A DNA stretch of 64,000 nt from Raillietiella orientalis (taxonomy: Eukaryota), in assembly GCA_036172245.1 (NCBI GenBank), contig JAYWIR010000018.1:2418001-2482000 (forward strand), given 5' to 3'. This document shows positions 1 to 13,200 of the stretch, piece by piece. The notes below the pieces were generated by a model. The model ran no database searches. It worked only from the letters and a program-made list of their open reading frames with translations, and was not told where the DNA came from. Made by a program: the position numbers and the translations under genes. How positions within the stretch are numbered: the stretch's first letter is position 1; every line of letters starts with the position of its first letter.

Positions 1-790
1 CGGCCTCCCAATCGGTCAAGGAGCGCGGCACGGTTGCCCCTCGGGGCTGTCCTCCTCGACCGAGCCCGCGCTCGGTCACCCGAGAGAGTGATGGCTGCCT
101 TCCGTGCACGCACGGAGTACCAGCAGCTCCGCCCGCCGAGACGGGCACGCCGATCCGAAATTCGTCCAATCAGCATCGCACCTGTTGCGGCCCGTTCCTG
201 CTCTTTCCCCCGGCGAGCGCACATGGCACGATGGGGGCTCATCTCTCAGCGCACGTCGGGACCGACGGCGGGATTTTTGCTGTCCTCAAGAGAGGAGCCG
301 AGTTTTGCCCCCAAGGAAGGATGTCCACGCTGTAAGAGGGGAGGCGGCGCCTTTCATCTACCAGGCTGTTCCTCCTGTACCCCGACCCTCCGAGGTCAAA
401 AGCAGTTCTCTCCGAAGATCCTCTTTCTTTGGCACGTGCCGGGGGAACGATATGTCGCCGAAGGGCGGAACGGACGGCAGAGGCAGCCCGTAAGGGCAGG
501 CGCAGAGGGGCGGCAGGGGTGTTTCGGCGAGGCCAGGAGGCGTGACTCCGAGTGACGAAGGCAAAGGCAACCCCTGAAACGTGTGCCCCGTCCTCTCCCG
601 CACGGAATTCAGCGAAGCACGAGTGGACCGCGCGCAAGCAGTTGTGGAGTCATTAGCGTGAGATGTCTCGCGTCTATTCCCCCGTGGTATAACATTCCCG
701 CTTTTTGGTGCATCCTTCCTACCACCACCGTTTCGTTGAGTGCCTCCCTGCGAAATTCCTCGGTCATCACACGGGACCGCACGAGGACGA

Positions 791-824
<34 letters not shown>

Positions 825-828
825 CGTA

Positions 829-865
<37 letters not shown>
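791..865. repeat. (TC)n/(TG)n microsatellite followed by a T18-A19 tract
   Basis: Read directly: TC run 791-814, TG run, T18 at 829-846, A19 at 847-865. Confidence 0.95.
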
Positions 866-1276
866 CCTCACATGCGCGCGTACACACACATGTGCACATC
901 GCCAGCCTGATTTTTAGCTGCAGTTTTGGGTGCACGATCCTTCCCCAGCAGAGGATGATGTGTGCCGCGTTGTTCTGATACGCCTGCGAAGATGTGCGGC
1001 CCCAAAGTGACAATCCCCGCGCAGTACTGTTGAGCCAGCGGTAGTCACGTATGTTGCGATTATAGCTGCCGGGAATATGTGGAACGACCCTGTCTGAAAT
1101 TTGTTTTTGCTGTGTTTCAAGAAAAACGGTGAAATGCTGGGAAAAGTTTCGCATTAAGTCCTGCTTGTTGCACACCCTCGCAATGAGTGCCCGGCCCCAG
1201 CTTGCTAGGAAGCACGTGTAGAATATTGAACGGGAATATGGATGCAAGACATCTATGGATTCATGTGCGATGATTC

Positions 1277-4200
1277 ATGATGATCTTACTCCTTGTGATG
1301 ATTAGTGCTTTGACGGAAGTGATTTCCAGAGAGAACAGGCAGCAGTACGTCGAAGCGAGGTGCAAGTCGTTCTGCTATTCCTTGGTGAGATATAGGAAAT
1401 TCTTTTTGGAATGGATGCTTTTTCGCGTCGTCTCCGCAAATCTGCTTTTCGTTTTTCGAAATGCAAGCGTTCGAGACGAGCATCGTCTTGGCAAGCAAAA
1501 AGGTCTTTCTTCTTCTTCTACTTCTTTCCACCGGCAATGATAAATTTGGTAGGCATTTTTTATGCTAATTGAAGCTAATGGCTGCATCACGGGGAATGTT
1601 GGGAAATCTAAATGGAGGAGTTGTTGCTGTTGGAACGCCCGGGGCGATGGCTTTGCAAAGCTGGACGAGGGTGTTCCTTTGGTGTTCTTTCTGCATCGCG
1701 GCAGGGGGTTCGCCGGAACCAGCCGCGTTGCCTAGCAAAGTCGCCCCGTGCACCGAAGGAAGCGCTCGGTGCACGGGAGGACCACGTCGCGAAAGGACCA
1801 CCTTGCCCGTTGGCTAATTTGGCTTTTTCCCTTCTTTTCTCTCCTGATTCATGTGGTGGGATTTTGTATCAATGGGTGTTTCTCGGGTTTCCAGGGCTTT
1901 TATGACGTCCCGGATGGACAGTTTCATTCGGTAACAGCAAGTTGCAGCTACAACTGCAGTTACCACATGAAAAAACACCGAATGAATAGATCCTTACTTA
2001 CTAAACGGTCGGCGCCGATGATATTTGTAATTTAAGATGTCATGGTCTTTTTTTGCATATCGCTGGTTCATCATGGTTTCCCCACACCAGCAGCTGTTGA
2101 GCAATGGAAAGAAGAAAGAAAGAGTTATTTTGCGGGCATTCTTCTCCCCCCCCCCTTTTTTTTTTTACTTCTTTTTGAGCTTCAAGCATTCGTTTTTACA
2201 CTTCGTTTCCGTTTTTTCTTTTTTCGAATCCATAAATGATGATAAAAGCAAACAGTAAGTGAAGACGAACCCTGGAATTGCTTTTATCACTCTAAGCTAA
2301 TTGAGTGATTGCATCCCTCCCTGCCAGCGGCTCCACTTCCATCAGCACTTGTAGATCACCTGCCAATGCCTCTTAATTAAGTGTTTCAGGTTTATCTGAG
2401 AACCGCATGCAAGAACCCAAACAAACAGGCCGAGAGCTTCTCTCTAGCCTAGAGGGCACAGTCACATATTTAGGTGACGTTTCTAAAGTTGGAAGTTTAT
2501 TTTCATACATTGATTGTTAGTTCGTGTCATTTCACATTATTTTTCTTTTTCACTCGACAAAAACCTAGGATAATTTGTAATGATTCTCGCATTGCTTCTT
2601 CTTCTCCTCCCCCCCCCAGCAAAAAAAAAAGAAGACAACAACAACTGAGTATCGATCGTCTAAACATCCCGTGTTCACTGACGGCACTTCACAGGCAAAA
2701 AGAAAAAGTGTTTTTATAAAAACACTTTTTTCTTCCTGCCGTGTAATGTGAGAGAGAGTCGAATGTGAGTCGGAAGGTCTGTGTGGAAGTTCACGCCTTA
2801 AAACACGATGGAAGAAATCCCATGCACCCAGGGCTGCCATTACTGAATTCTGCTATCTTCAAAGGGAACCACCAAGAATTCCGAAAAAGGGAAAAAAGGC
2901 ATGGCGACTGCAGCAAGCAAACACTTGAAACGGAATAAGTCAAATTTTATTGAGGATCTCCTAGCAGAGGATGTGCCTCATCTCCAGCATCCAAAATTCG
3001 GGAATTCTTTCTTTTTTGAACGGCATCAGCAATGTGATTGTAAGTTTCCAGTAAATAGCAGGAGTGCCACCGACTCTTATCTCGCCTTTACATGTAATTA
3101 GCGATGTCAATAGAACATGTTATTCCCTCAGCTTTATTAATTAATGAAAGCCTGAGAAAAGAATTGATTGCTTGGAAATTTACTGAGCAAATGAAGTAGC
3201 AGAAATCGCCTCTGTTTGCTGCTTTGGAAAATGCGGCACCATAATGCGTGCAAATGTTTGCGTACACAAAAAATCATGGTGCATTCATCTTCGAGAGAGC
3301 TATGTATTGTACTTCCACCTAAAGAACATCCACGTTCGAATGCTTCAGCCTCCTTTATTTGCAATAGTAAGAATGGCCAATTAGTGATTAGTGCATTCCA
3401 TGCCCGTTGCACTATCTCGGCCGCTTCGTTGGTGCAGATGGAAGTCAGCTGATGGCCGTTCCCATGGATGCGTTTCAGTTAGGAATTTGGGTAAACTCCA
3501 CCGCAGATTGCCGGAGAAGGCTGTTATGTCCCTTTAACGAAATCGGAAAGCTGATCGATCTCTCTGATGCACGCAGCAAAAGTTTGGATCTGATTCAGAT
3601 TTTCCAAAATGAAGCAGAGCACTGCAATCTGTAGAGATCATCCACGCAAGCACTCGAAACTTTTCGTGGAGACGGCTAGTCATTGCATGGGTGAGTGAAA
3701 CGGCAGAGTAAACAACGGAAAAAAAAAAAAAAAACAGAATTACAGTTGGTAATAAATCAGATAAGAATAGTGAATGTCAATCATCCATCCACTAGTCTCA
3801 ATTGAAAGAGGTTTAAAAAGAAATGGTTTAAAAGATCCAAAATCCCCTGTCCTAGGAAGAGGCTCTCAAGACTCCGAAAGGACTTCGTCGAAGTGGATAT
3901 TCTAGAGAGTAACAAGGAAGCATGACCTTTGTCCAGAGTTTGGACAAGGAAAAAAGCAGCAGGGAAGATATTCCGATCCAGGAATTTTGCATTTAATGGG
4001 CGTATTCACGAAAACGGCATGCAGCAGCTATCTGTTTCCTTACGTCCGTATTGAAGGAACCGGAAGCATTAAGGATAGCTAAGAATCAAAACAGTTGAGG
4101 ATTTCGGGAACGAACTGTTTCTTTTGTGTAGGCACACGAGCAAGAGTTTTCATGGAGCAAGAGTTCTTTAACGAAGGTCAGCATGTCTGAGGACCTATGC

Positions 4201-7200
4201 TGGTGGTAACTCACGTTATCGATGCAATCTCCAGAATTGCACAAATCGTATTACCGGAATAGGTGCTTCCCGATCGAGTCCTCCTGGGTCAGATGCTTGG
4301 GGCGGAATTTCGGTTTGTTGAAGGCATGGGGTGTTGTGATCCAGATCTCATACAAGAAAGATGGGGGAAGCAGCGAGACGTTGAACAATTCACTATAAGA
4401 GTCTTCAACCTGAACATTCGCAGAGGGCATCAGCGAAACTACTAGAAAACTAAGCGTTTGCAAAGAGAGCAAAAATTCAAGGAAAATCGTATCGATCTGC
4501 TCCGCCCGCATGCGATTTGGGTGATCTCCTTCCCTACAGGAGAAAGCAGAATGATGAAATTGCAGGGCCAACACGAATCAAAGGAATGCAAAGAAAATGG
4601 TGTACGAGGGAAGAAGGTGTTTTCTCTGCGAAAAGTTCAATCCGATAGGAACGCACATAGGGCCAGTTCGCATTATAGGAAGTGGGCATCCGAAAATGTC
4701 TTCGTAATGACCTCTGAGCCCCAGCGGAAGGCTAGGGCTAACTGATGTTTTGCTACCTGGTGATGCATAGAGAGTCCTTTTCTGCCATTACTAAAACCAG
4801 GGGCGTTTTTGAAGAGACGTGCGCCCGCACCCTGTAATGTGGGTATGGGAATGCGATTTCTGAGATAATTTTCTGGAGGTCAAGGATGAACGCAGGAAAT
4901 AACAGGTTAAGCACACAGGAAGCAACGTAAATGAGAACGTGGAGGTTTAAAGTTTCAACTGAATCTCAAATGTAAGCCGAAAATGCAGTGGACGAAAAAG
5001 TCCACTCCTTACAAACACTTCGATTAACCTGAAAGTTCCGTCGGGATAGAAGGGGAACGACAAAGAGATGAATAATGCCGCAAAGATGCATCTTGGCAGA
5101 GTACGCAACACCTATCTTTTGCAGCATCTCAGCGTAGATTTCCGAGTTTCCACGGTTTGCAGAGCAAGCTTCTATATTCAATCGATTCCTTATGGATTTA
5201 CTGGACCCTCTGTATCCACTTCCAGTCCCAAGTGGAATCCTAGGTTCGTAGTCCCTGTAACATCCGGGAACCTTGCCTCTCTTGGCGACTTCTGTTTCTC
5301 AGAGCAGTTGTTGCTCTGGTAAGCGCACCTGCCTTCCGAGTTCACGGGAGCCTCTGTCTCGGTTTGCCTGTGGCAGTCGTAAAATTCATCATTTAAGAAT
5401 ACGCGTCCGTCTCTTGGAAGGTGCCACGTTATCTCTAAACACTTCCGTGAATTCTTTGACGACCCCGGACTTGATGGATTGCTTCGCATTTATACCTCAG
5501 AGAGAGCGGTGACAGATTTCAGAAGAACTTGGGTGTCGTAATTTGTGCAGTTCAAGTGTAGAGTAGGTGATTCAGCTTTAGGTCACGGAGGTCTTTTTCG
5601 AGAAGCGTAGCGTTTTCCTCAACATTACATCTTAGCATTTCAACTTCGTTATTTGAATATTTTCTGCATCTGAAGCTTCGTTCCTATTATATTAGTGCTT
5701 ACTCGGAATACTTTTTTTTTTTTTTTTTTTTAACAGCAAGCAAAGAACCGAACAGTCGCTGGAAAATGTGTCCTTTCTTTCTTTCTTTCTAGCCAGACTA
5801 ATGGTCCATCTGCAGTTGACACATCCTAAATTTTTGAATCGACCTTTGAAATGAAATCTTGGTGCATTCTTTCCCTCCAGTGGTAAGAATCAGGCAATGA
5901 TATTTACAGAAGGGAAATTTATTCTTTTTGTGGTTGGCATCTTTCGATTTAGCCACGTACTTTCGATTGGGGATGCTATCCTTTGAGTGCTTTTCCCTGT
6001 GTGAAACATCCCAAGGAAAACCACTCAAAGACGAGCATCCTATTCTCGCCACTCAAAGATATGTATCCCTATAGCACAATGACGCACACAGATTCTCATC
6101 AATGTTTAAGGTATCTGTTGAATATCTATTACTGCTTTACAAAAGTACGAACTTTTGTTTTTTATGGCGGCTTCTCCATGAATTATTTAGAAGCTTTTTT
6201 CGTTTACGAGACGTCCCGGAGATCCACCGAGGGAACAGAATGGAAATTAGTGGATGAATAGAATTTGTTCGCAAGAAGAAAGTCTTTCACGTCTTTCATT
6301 CCTACAGGCCCGAGTCTGATTTTGATCCAAGAGAGTTCGAGTTATACTCTCGTTCATGGACTCGGAAGATTTTCTGAGGATTGTAGCATTTTCTATATAT
6401 TCGCGCACGTCATCAAAATTGCATCGTCGGCGTTTTCATTTTGTGGATGTTTTTTTCATTCTAAAAAGAAAAAAAAAAGAGAATTTAGGAATTCATTTTC
6501 GCGGGCACCCCCAAAGCGTCTCTCTAGCGGATGAGTGATCTTACTGTACGCCATAAGTGCACTCCAGCAGCCTCATTTGGAAAACTTCTCATTGTGTACG
6601 TTCTGCTGGTACTCCACCGAAACGATGGCACTGATCAGGCTGCCTGGATGAATCTGGAACAAGTACAGTGCTGTCTTCAGCAGCAGAGCAGCGGGAAGAG
6701 GGGGATTAGTCCTTTTTTTCGGGGGGAGGGGGAAGCCAAGTACTGCTCTTTGGTCGAGAAGGCCGTAAGGTCAATGAATTCCAAAAAGTACTTGAACTAT
6801 CGATTCCGATTTTTTTAGATGAGCAATTTTGTTTTCAATTGTCTATGAAGAGAATCACTACCTAAAAGATTCGTGAACTTGCTGAATCACTGGATTTTAA
6901 TAGAAAACATGTATGGGTGTCTCTTCGGGAAGAAAGCGTTGCCAAAAGTACATACACCGAAATTTTAAGTATATTTCAAGTGTTTCTGAGTTTACTTTCT
7001 GTTGAGCACTTTTTTTTTCTTTTCTAAGAATTCTTTCACCTTTCTACCATCGAGAGAAGATTGCACGCTGCGAAGCATACTGCAGTCGTGAGGAAATTGC
7101 ATGATATTTTCAAGAAGAAAACTCGATTCATAGATTATTTTGTTTAAAAATAGGTACCAAATCGAAGTTTTAGAGATAGGAAAAGTTTGGGAAGGCATGT

Positions 7201-10200
7201 TGATTCTGAATAGCCATTTGCTTTTCGTCAGCCCCTTCATCTGCATGTCACGAAGAGATCCTTGGATCCGTATTGCCGCATCTATTTGCACCCCTCTCAT
7301 TGCCCATGTCTTTTTTTTTTTTACTTTTTGTGATAATCTGCAGCCCTTCGAAGAACCCCTGGTCCTCTGGTCTTCACCTTCGTGGGTTAGTCTACGGATC
7401 GGAGGATGGAAAGTTCATATTCTAAGGGACAGATCAGTAGGCTTCAGGAGGTTACTGGTTTCCTCTAGCATGGCCCTACTCTTATGATGATCTGCTGTGT
7501 TCCTCTTTCGGGCTTTACGTCACTGACTAGAGGCATCGCACTCAAAAGAGTAAGAGCATGTCTCACGATTTAGATTTATCGCTTCGGTGAGTGTAATGAA
7601 TATTGAAAGTGAGAGAGAGACAACAACTTCCAGCGATGCTCCTCTCTGTCTCCCATTCATCTCCCTGTCTTGTGGTATACTCGATGTAAGGAAAGCTAAG
7701 CTGTTTGCTTCCGGTTACCATCCCATCAGTCTCTCATTAGGCATGTTCATGTCAACATGAAAAGCTTGTCCGGAATGATTTCCTTGCTGTGCCTGTAGTT
7801 CTTCCCATCGTTTTTGCTTCCCGGGGCTCCGCCAGTATTCAGTTCTTAATGTAAATAGAACTTGCATTGGAACCTCTGAGAGTCTAATACCTTTTTGGAG
7901 TTTTCCTGAATAGTGAGTTTCTTGCACTGTGGCCCTTCTGCTCACCGTCCCTCACTTTCTTCCGTTTCGTTCAGTCAGAGGTCGAAAAGTGGAAGGCACC
8001 TCGTTATGATTTGGAGTGATCTCAGTCTGCTTCAGGTTGCTCGACCTTTCACCTTTCATTTATTTTGTGTTTTTTTTCCCGACACCTTTGATAGCTTCAC
8101 TGAAAGTGGAGGAGAAAAGTGGGTGCACTTGGAGGAGAACATTCATCATTCCGAACTGCTCATAAAGAAGAATAGCATTAAAGAGGGGTACTTCTATAGC
8201 AGATGGTAGCGTGAGGCCAGATGGAGGTCAGGAAAATCCGAATTGTGGGTTGGCTCTTAATCTGGCATGAAAAAATGATCAAAAAAAAAAAAGGAAACGA
8301 ATGAAAAGATTTCTGAAAGAAGAGTTCTCGCCCTCTCGAGCGAGCTCTTTCACAGTCCATCCTTCATCGCAGGAGTCGCAGCGGATTCACTGCGTGGTCT
8401 CCGCAGAAAAATCACTACGGCAACACGGGGAGATGCAGATCATGCCAGGCGTCAGTAGACTTGGGAAGACTTTCCACGGAGAACCAATGCACTGTTCTTG
8501 TAGAATTGCTGTGTAAAAGATCAGCTGATTTTAAAAAAAAAAAAAAAATTTGAGCATCTGTAAGTCTATTGACGCTTATGAGAGTATGTGTTGCTTCCGG
8601 ATGTTTCAGTTGTTGTTTCTCTCATTTTGCTCCAGGGAGGGAAACTTTACATGCGTGTTTCTCACAACTTCTGATGCTTTCTGCTTCTCGATTCTTGCGC
8701 TCTGCTCGATGCCGAGATGATTCTCGCTGCTCACCCTTTCCACTTTCTTCATCTGAAATCACCTGACCGATTTTTTGCGTTGCAGGCCAGACGTCCGATA
8801 CAGTATGGTGTTGATGATAAAGATATTTACTCCGTGACGCGTTGCCTATATTGCCAACAGGTAAGTGATGCTGTGCCTCCGTATCTGTTCAGCACTGCGA
8901 GACCATCTTCCGTTTCGCGAGTTTCTGGTCCAGGGACGAAACTGCCACCCCTTGAACTCTCGGCTGCAGAGAGAATCCATTCCCCCCCTCCCCCTCAGTG
9001 TGCTCTTTGGGTCTTTAGGATTAAATTCACGCGGTTTTTGAAGCTATTCCGTAGAGCAGCAGAGTTCATAGTAGATGTGTGCCAAATTTTTCAACAAGGT
9101 TTCTTTCAGTGCATCAGCGGGATGAAGAAACGATCGTGCGATCACATTAAATGTGTAAGTGTTTGTTTTATTGGCTCCTTTCCGAAGATTCTGACGCAAA
9201 GACGACATTTTTTTTTTTCTTTTTCTTAATGTTGCTTTTCGAAGTGAATCTTCGGCATCAAAGAACGGTCCTGTAAAATGAATGAACGAATCGTTTTATT
9301 CTTTGTGTTCTGTGATTTAGAAATCGGAAGACTTTTGCCCTGAGGCTGTGGGATGCGTCTGCATGCACGGGGGAGCGGAACACCACAAAAGTAAGTTTTT
9401 TTTTTTTTTTTTGCTTTCCTTTTTTTTTTTGGCGCTGCAAAATCTCTATTCTGCGTTCTATATGGATATTGGTTTAGCCCGAGGCAGTTCACGTTGGATG
9501 GCAATAGGAAAGCATACGAAACACGAAAAAAAGTGACATGCAAAGCTCTGGCAAGCTAGGATGAAGTTTCGTTAAAAAGTTTCGTTAATACATAGCAATT
9601 ATGTATTTCGCCTGTAGCGTTTTCGAATTGCTTGTTTGAAGAGAAACGCAGATATTTCTTCTCCGGAGAATCTTTCCTCGTCTTCTTTTGCTTTATGGTG
9701 CTCGGAGAAAAGCAGTAGGGCTGTTGTTTGTCTTCAGATGAATGCGTTCTGATTTGGGTTGAGCGAATAACTGTTAGAACTCCCTGAAATGAATTGATGA
9801 GGTTTTCCTTTTCGTTTCTTTTCTTTTCTTTTCTTTTCCAAATCATTTTTTTTTTTTTGTTTTTCTCTCTTCTCGAAGCGATGACGTTGTGCCTCATTTG
9901 AAATTTGGTAGCTCTGTTGGTTGGTTTGTGTTTTCACTTTTATTGCATTCTAATGATGCAGATTAGTTTTGTTCTTGTTTTTTTTGGCGTGTGACGTCAT
10001 ACAGACAATCGATCTATTAATTTTTTTTTTCCCCTCCTCCCCTCCTCGGCAAGATGGCTATGATCCTATTTCAGTGCTATCCCTATTTCAAACCTGGATC
10101 TCGGGTGTCATTACAAAACATGAATGGTATGCAAATTTGATATGAAAGCCACAAAAAAATAATCGAAGCTGTCGACTCGATGATTGCATATCAAGTTCGG

Positions 10201-13200
10201 CTGTAATTTTATTCTAAGATCATTTTTGTCGTCCATGGAGACGGACCCACTGTAAAGGCAACCCAGAAAAACTGACCAATTCGTGCTTTCTCTCTGGGTC
10301 GCTGGGCTCACTGGGGATAAGTGTTCATCAACACCTCCTGTTAAAGAAAGAGCTGCAGAATGAAAATGGGATCTGAAAACTTTCAGTGGGAGGGTAGTGG
10401 GCGAGGGTGCCCTCAAATGGTGACCACAGGGGCGCGCCTACGGTTCGTTCCTTCTATCCTGCTGCACACTCTCGCAGAGTGGCCACAACAAGAGATGTTG
10501 ATTTGGCAGAAGGACCGCGATGTCAGCCTCTTTTGCAGCAGCAGTTTTCCTCTCATTGAGCCTTTCGATCAATCCACTTGGCCTCAGTCTGTTTGAGCCA
10601 CGGGAGGGGACTTGCGGCTTACGCCGAAAATTAGGAACCTTCGCGGCGTGTGGAGAACACCCAAATCTCTTCGCCCAAGTCTTCAGGAGCTGACGTGAAA
10701 AAAAAAACACAGTGAAATGAACTTATTTTAATGTACTGAGAAATCAAATTCGATTCCTCTCGATTGGACACGCGTGCACTATGGAAGCGGCATAAAGTCC
10801 AGCGCATTACTGAAAAAAAATGACGTCAGTGACTTCGGTTCCATGCACACTTGAAATAAAGATAAGCAGATGAGTGAGTTTGGATCCCAAATGGAAAAAG
10901 TGACGAAAAATGAATGACCACAAGGGAGGAGGCGAGCAGCCAGTAATCGTAAAGGACATAAAATGGAGTCGGGCGGGACCAAGGAGGGAACATTCTTTCC
11001 TTGTCTGAGATGCTTCTCCTGTGATGGTGATGCGAGCGTGGAGCCAACTTCGACGCTGAAACTGAAATCGGAATCAATCTGTGCGTATGATAGGACTGAG
11101 GATTTCGGCATCTGTCATCCTCGACGATCGGGCAACGCCCTTTCTCGAAGAGTTCCGCTTCAACACTTCTTTCTTTTCGTGTGTTCCTGTCTCCCGTCAT
11201 GAATGAATTTCGAGGTGCGGTCGGGGGAGGGAAGGGGAACGATCATCTCATTCCGAAAGTCGGCAAAAAGATGGAAAAAACTAGGTGTGCAAATGTGAAG
11301 CTGCGTGGGGAAGGGAAAGAAGCAAAGAGTGTCCTAAATGAAAAAGAAACCGATCCAAGTGGTGAAAGATCATAGGATGACAAAACAAGGAAGACTTCCC
11401 AGAGAGCTGCACTGATTTCGCGGTAATGACCTCATGAATTCATGGAACTGTGCTTTAAAAGCATCCAACAGAAGTATGGAAGAATGGAAAGCCCAAAGGA
11501 ACAAAGCTAAGTAGTCGCCCGCTTGCACTTGAGCTCGATTCTCCCGATGAGGAACTAATTAGTGGGCTCGATGCAGGTCACCATCTGGAAACCGTTCACT
11601 TGCACGATCCCATAGGATTCTTTCTTCATTTCCAGATTTCAGCGTCTCTTTGGAAAAGTCTGTGCAAGAATTCAAACTGCATTGTGTCATACCCCGTATG
11701 GACTTCATTTCCGCTTTTCTGAAATGGAAACCTCAGTTTTTCGATGATAAGCAAGGACCGCCTATATTCATCCTGGATGCGAAGAAGGAACCAAGTGATG
11801 CCTGGCTATTCCTGGGAACGGTAAGAATTTCTGGTGAAGGCGTCTTGTAGGTGATCAAAGTTGTGTATATATCTTTGAGGTACCAACGAGAATTCAGCCA
11901 CTATAGTGTTTATATTAAAAGAGTGTCTTTTAATTAGTCCATAACTGTTGACTCTGTTTCCGTAGACGGAACGTGGCATGAAAGAGTTCGAACTCGACAA
12001 AAATAGTGTGTATCGCATTCGCCTACAGGTCATGCTGAGTAATGGATTGCTGTCTGATTATTCCATCGTTACCGTCAACACGTTCGGATTCAGTATGTAT
12101 AAGTTCTCCTGGCTTGAGGGCGCTCCCCATAAGTTTTAGCATCTCGCCGTAGCATTTCGTTCTGCGTCCTTTCGAACAGAATAAGGAAAAACTCCTTTCG
12201 TCTTTTGCAGATGATGTGGGACGACCTTCCTCCGTCAAGTCGGCTGCCATCGTGAACATCTTCCCGCTTGCCAACAAAAACGAAGTGGTGGCTACTCTTT
12301 CGTGGGAACCAGCGAATGGTAACAAAGATTGGAACAAGTTGTTGTGGTTTCGGCTGTGGCTTCCTTCTTCCTTTTCTCCAAAGATGTGAAAGGTCGATTC
12401 ATTCAGGGTTGCCCCCCCCCCTGCCCAACGCATTTGTTATGTCTATCGGAGAAGACCTTCATATGGCAGGTATTGGAAGAGCAGAATCTGACGAATCTTT
12501 TCCTTCTAAAGCATTTTCACGTTCTACCCCAACCTTCTAAACTGCTTTTTTAGACCCGAGAGCAAATGATTCTGCATTGGATTTTAGATACGTTTCGCAT
12601 GCGCATGTTGCCTGAAGCATGCATCCTTTTCTTCCAAATTTGCTTCAGAATGAGGTCTGTGTTTTTGACCGAAGAGAGGATTGTAGTAAGTTGAACGTTC
12701 CCAAGGGGAACGGAATCCAGCTTCCGGGGTTCCAGAACTGTCTGGAGGAAACTCGGCATGTTTTGCCGAGGTTCCCGCAGACAGTTCCGGATTGATTGAA
12801 GGGCATCGAGATTCCTCTCGAGCAACGGAGATGTACGTTGATCGGAATTTCAAACAGGATGTGGTCCAGCACCCGCTCTTTTTTGTTTGTTCCTGATGAT
12901 GCAATCCTCAGCGAATTTTGTCGAGTGATGAGTGATATCCTCATCAACCAGCCCATTCGTACCTGAGCATGAATTTGAGGAAAATGCCGCCGCGAGGATT
13001 TTTCAAAGAGTATGTCCTTAGCTGGACCAACGTACTTTCGTAGGTGTAATGGTGTCAATCTCTTGTTCCCGAATTTCGCCCTTATTCTCTCCCCCTCTCA
13101 AGTCGAGGAATCGGAGCTCCCACCACAGTCGTGTCCGTCGTATCGACATCCATTGGCCATATGTCGCGTATTCAATGTATTATGCGTGATTGGATTTGCA

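Noticed and set aside
34..1247. Long overlapping ORFs of 130-212 aa
   Set aside because: Products of high GC and simple repeats (poly-F/K, RE runs) with no recognisable domain.
6568..6662. FN3-like candidate exon LIVYVLLVLHRNDGTDQAAWMNLEQ in the first RTK intron
   Set aside because: Weak donor, phase does not fit the exon chain, and it would interrupt the Cys box.
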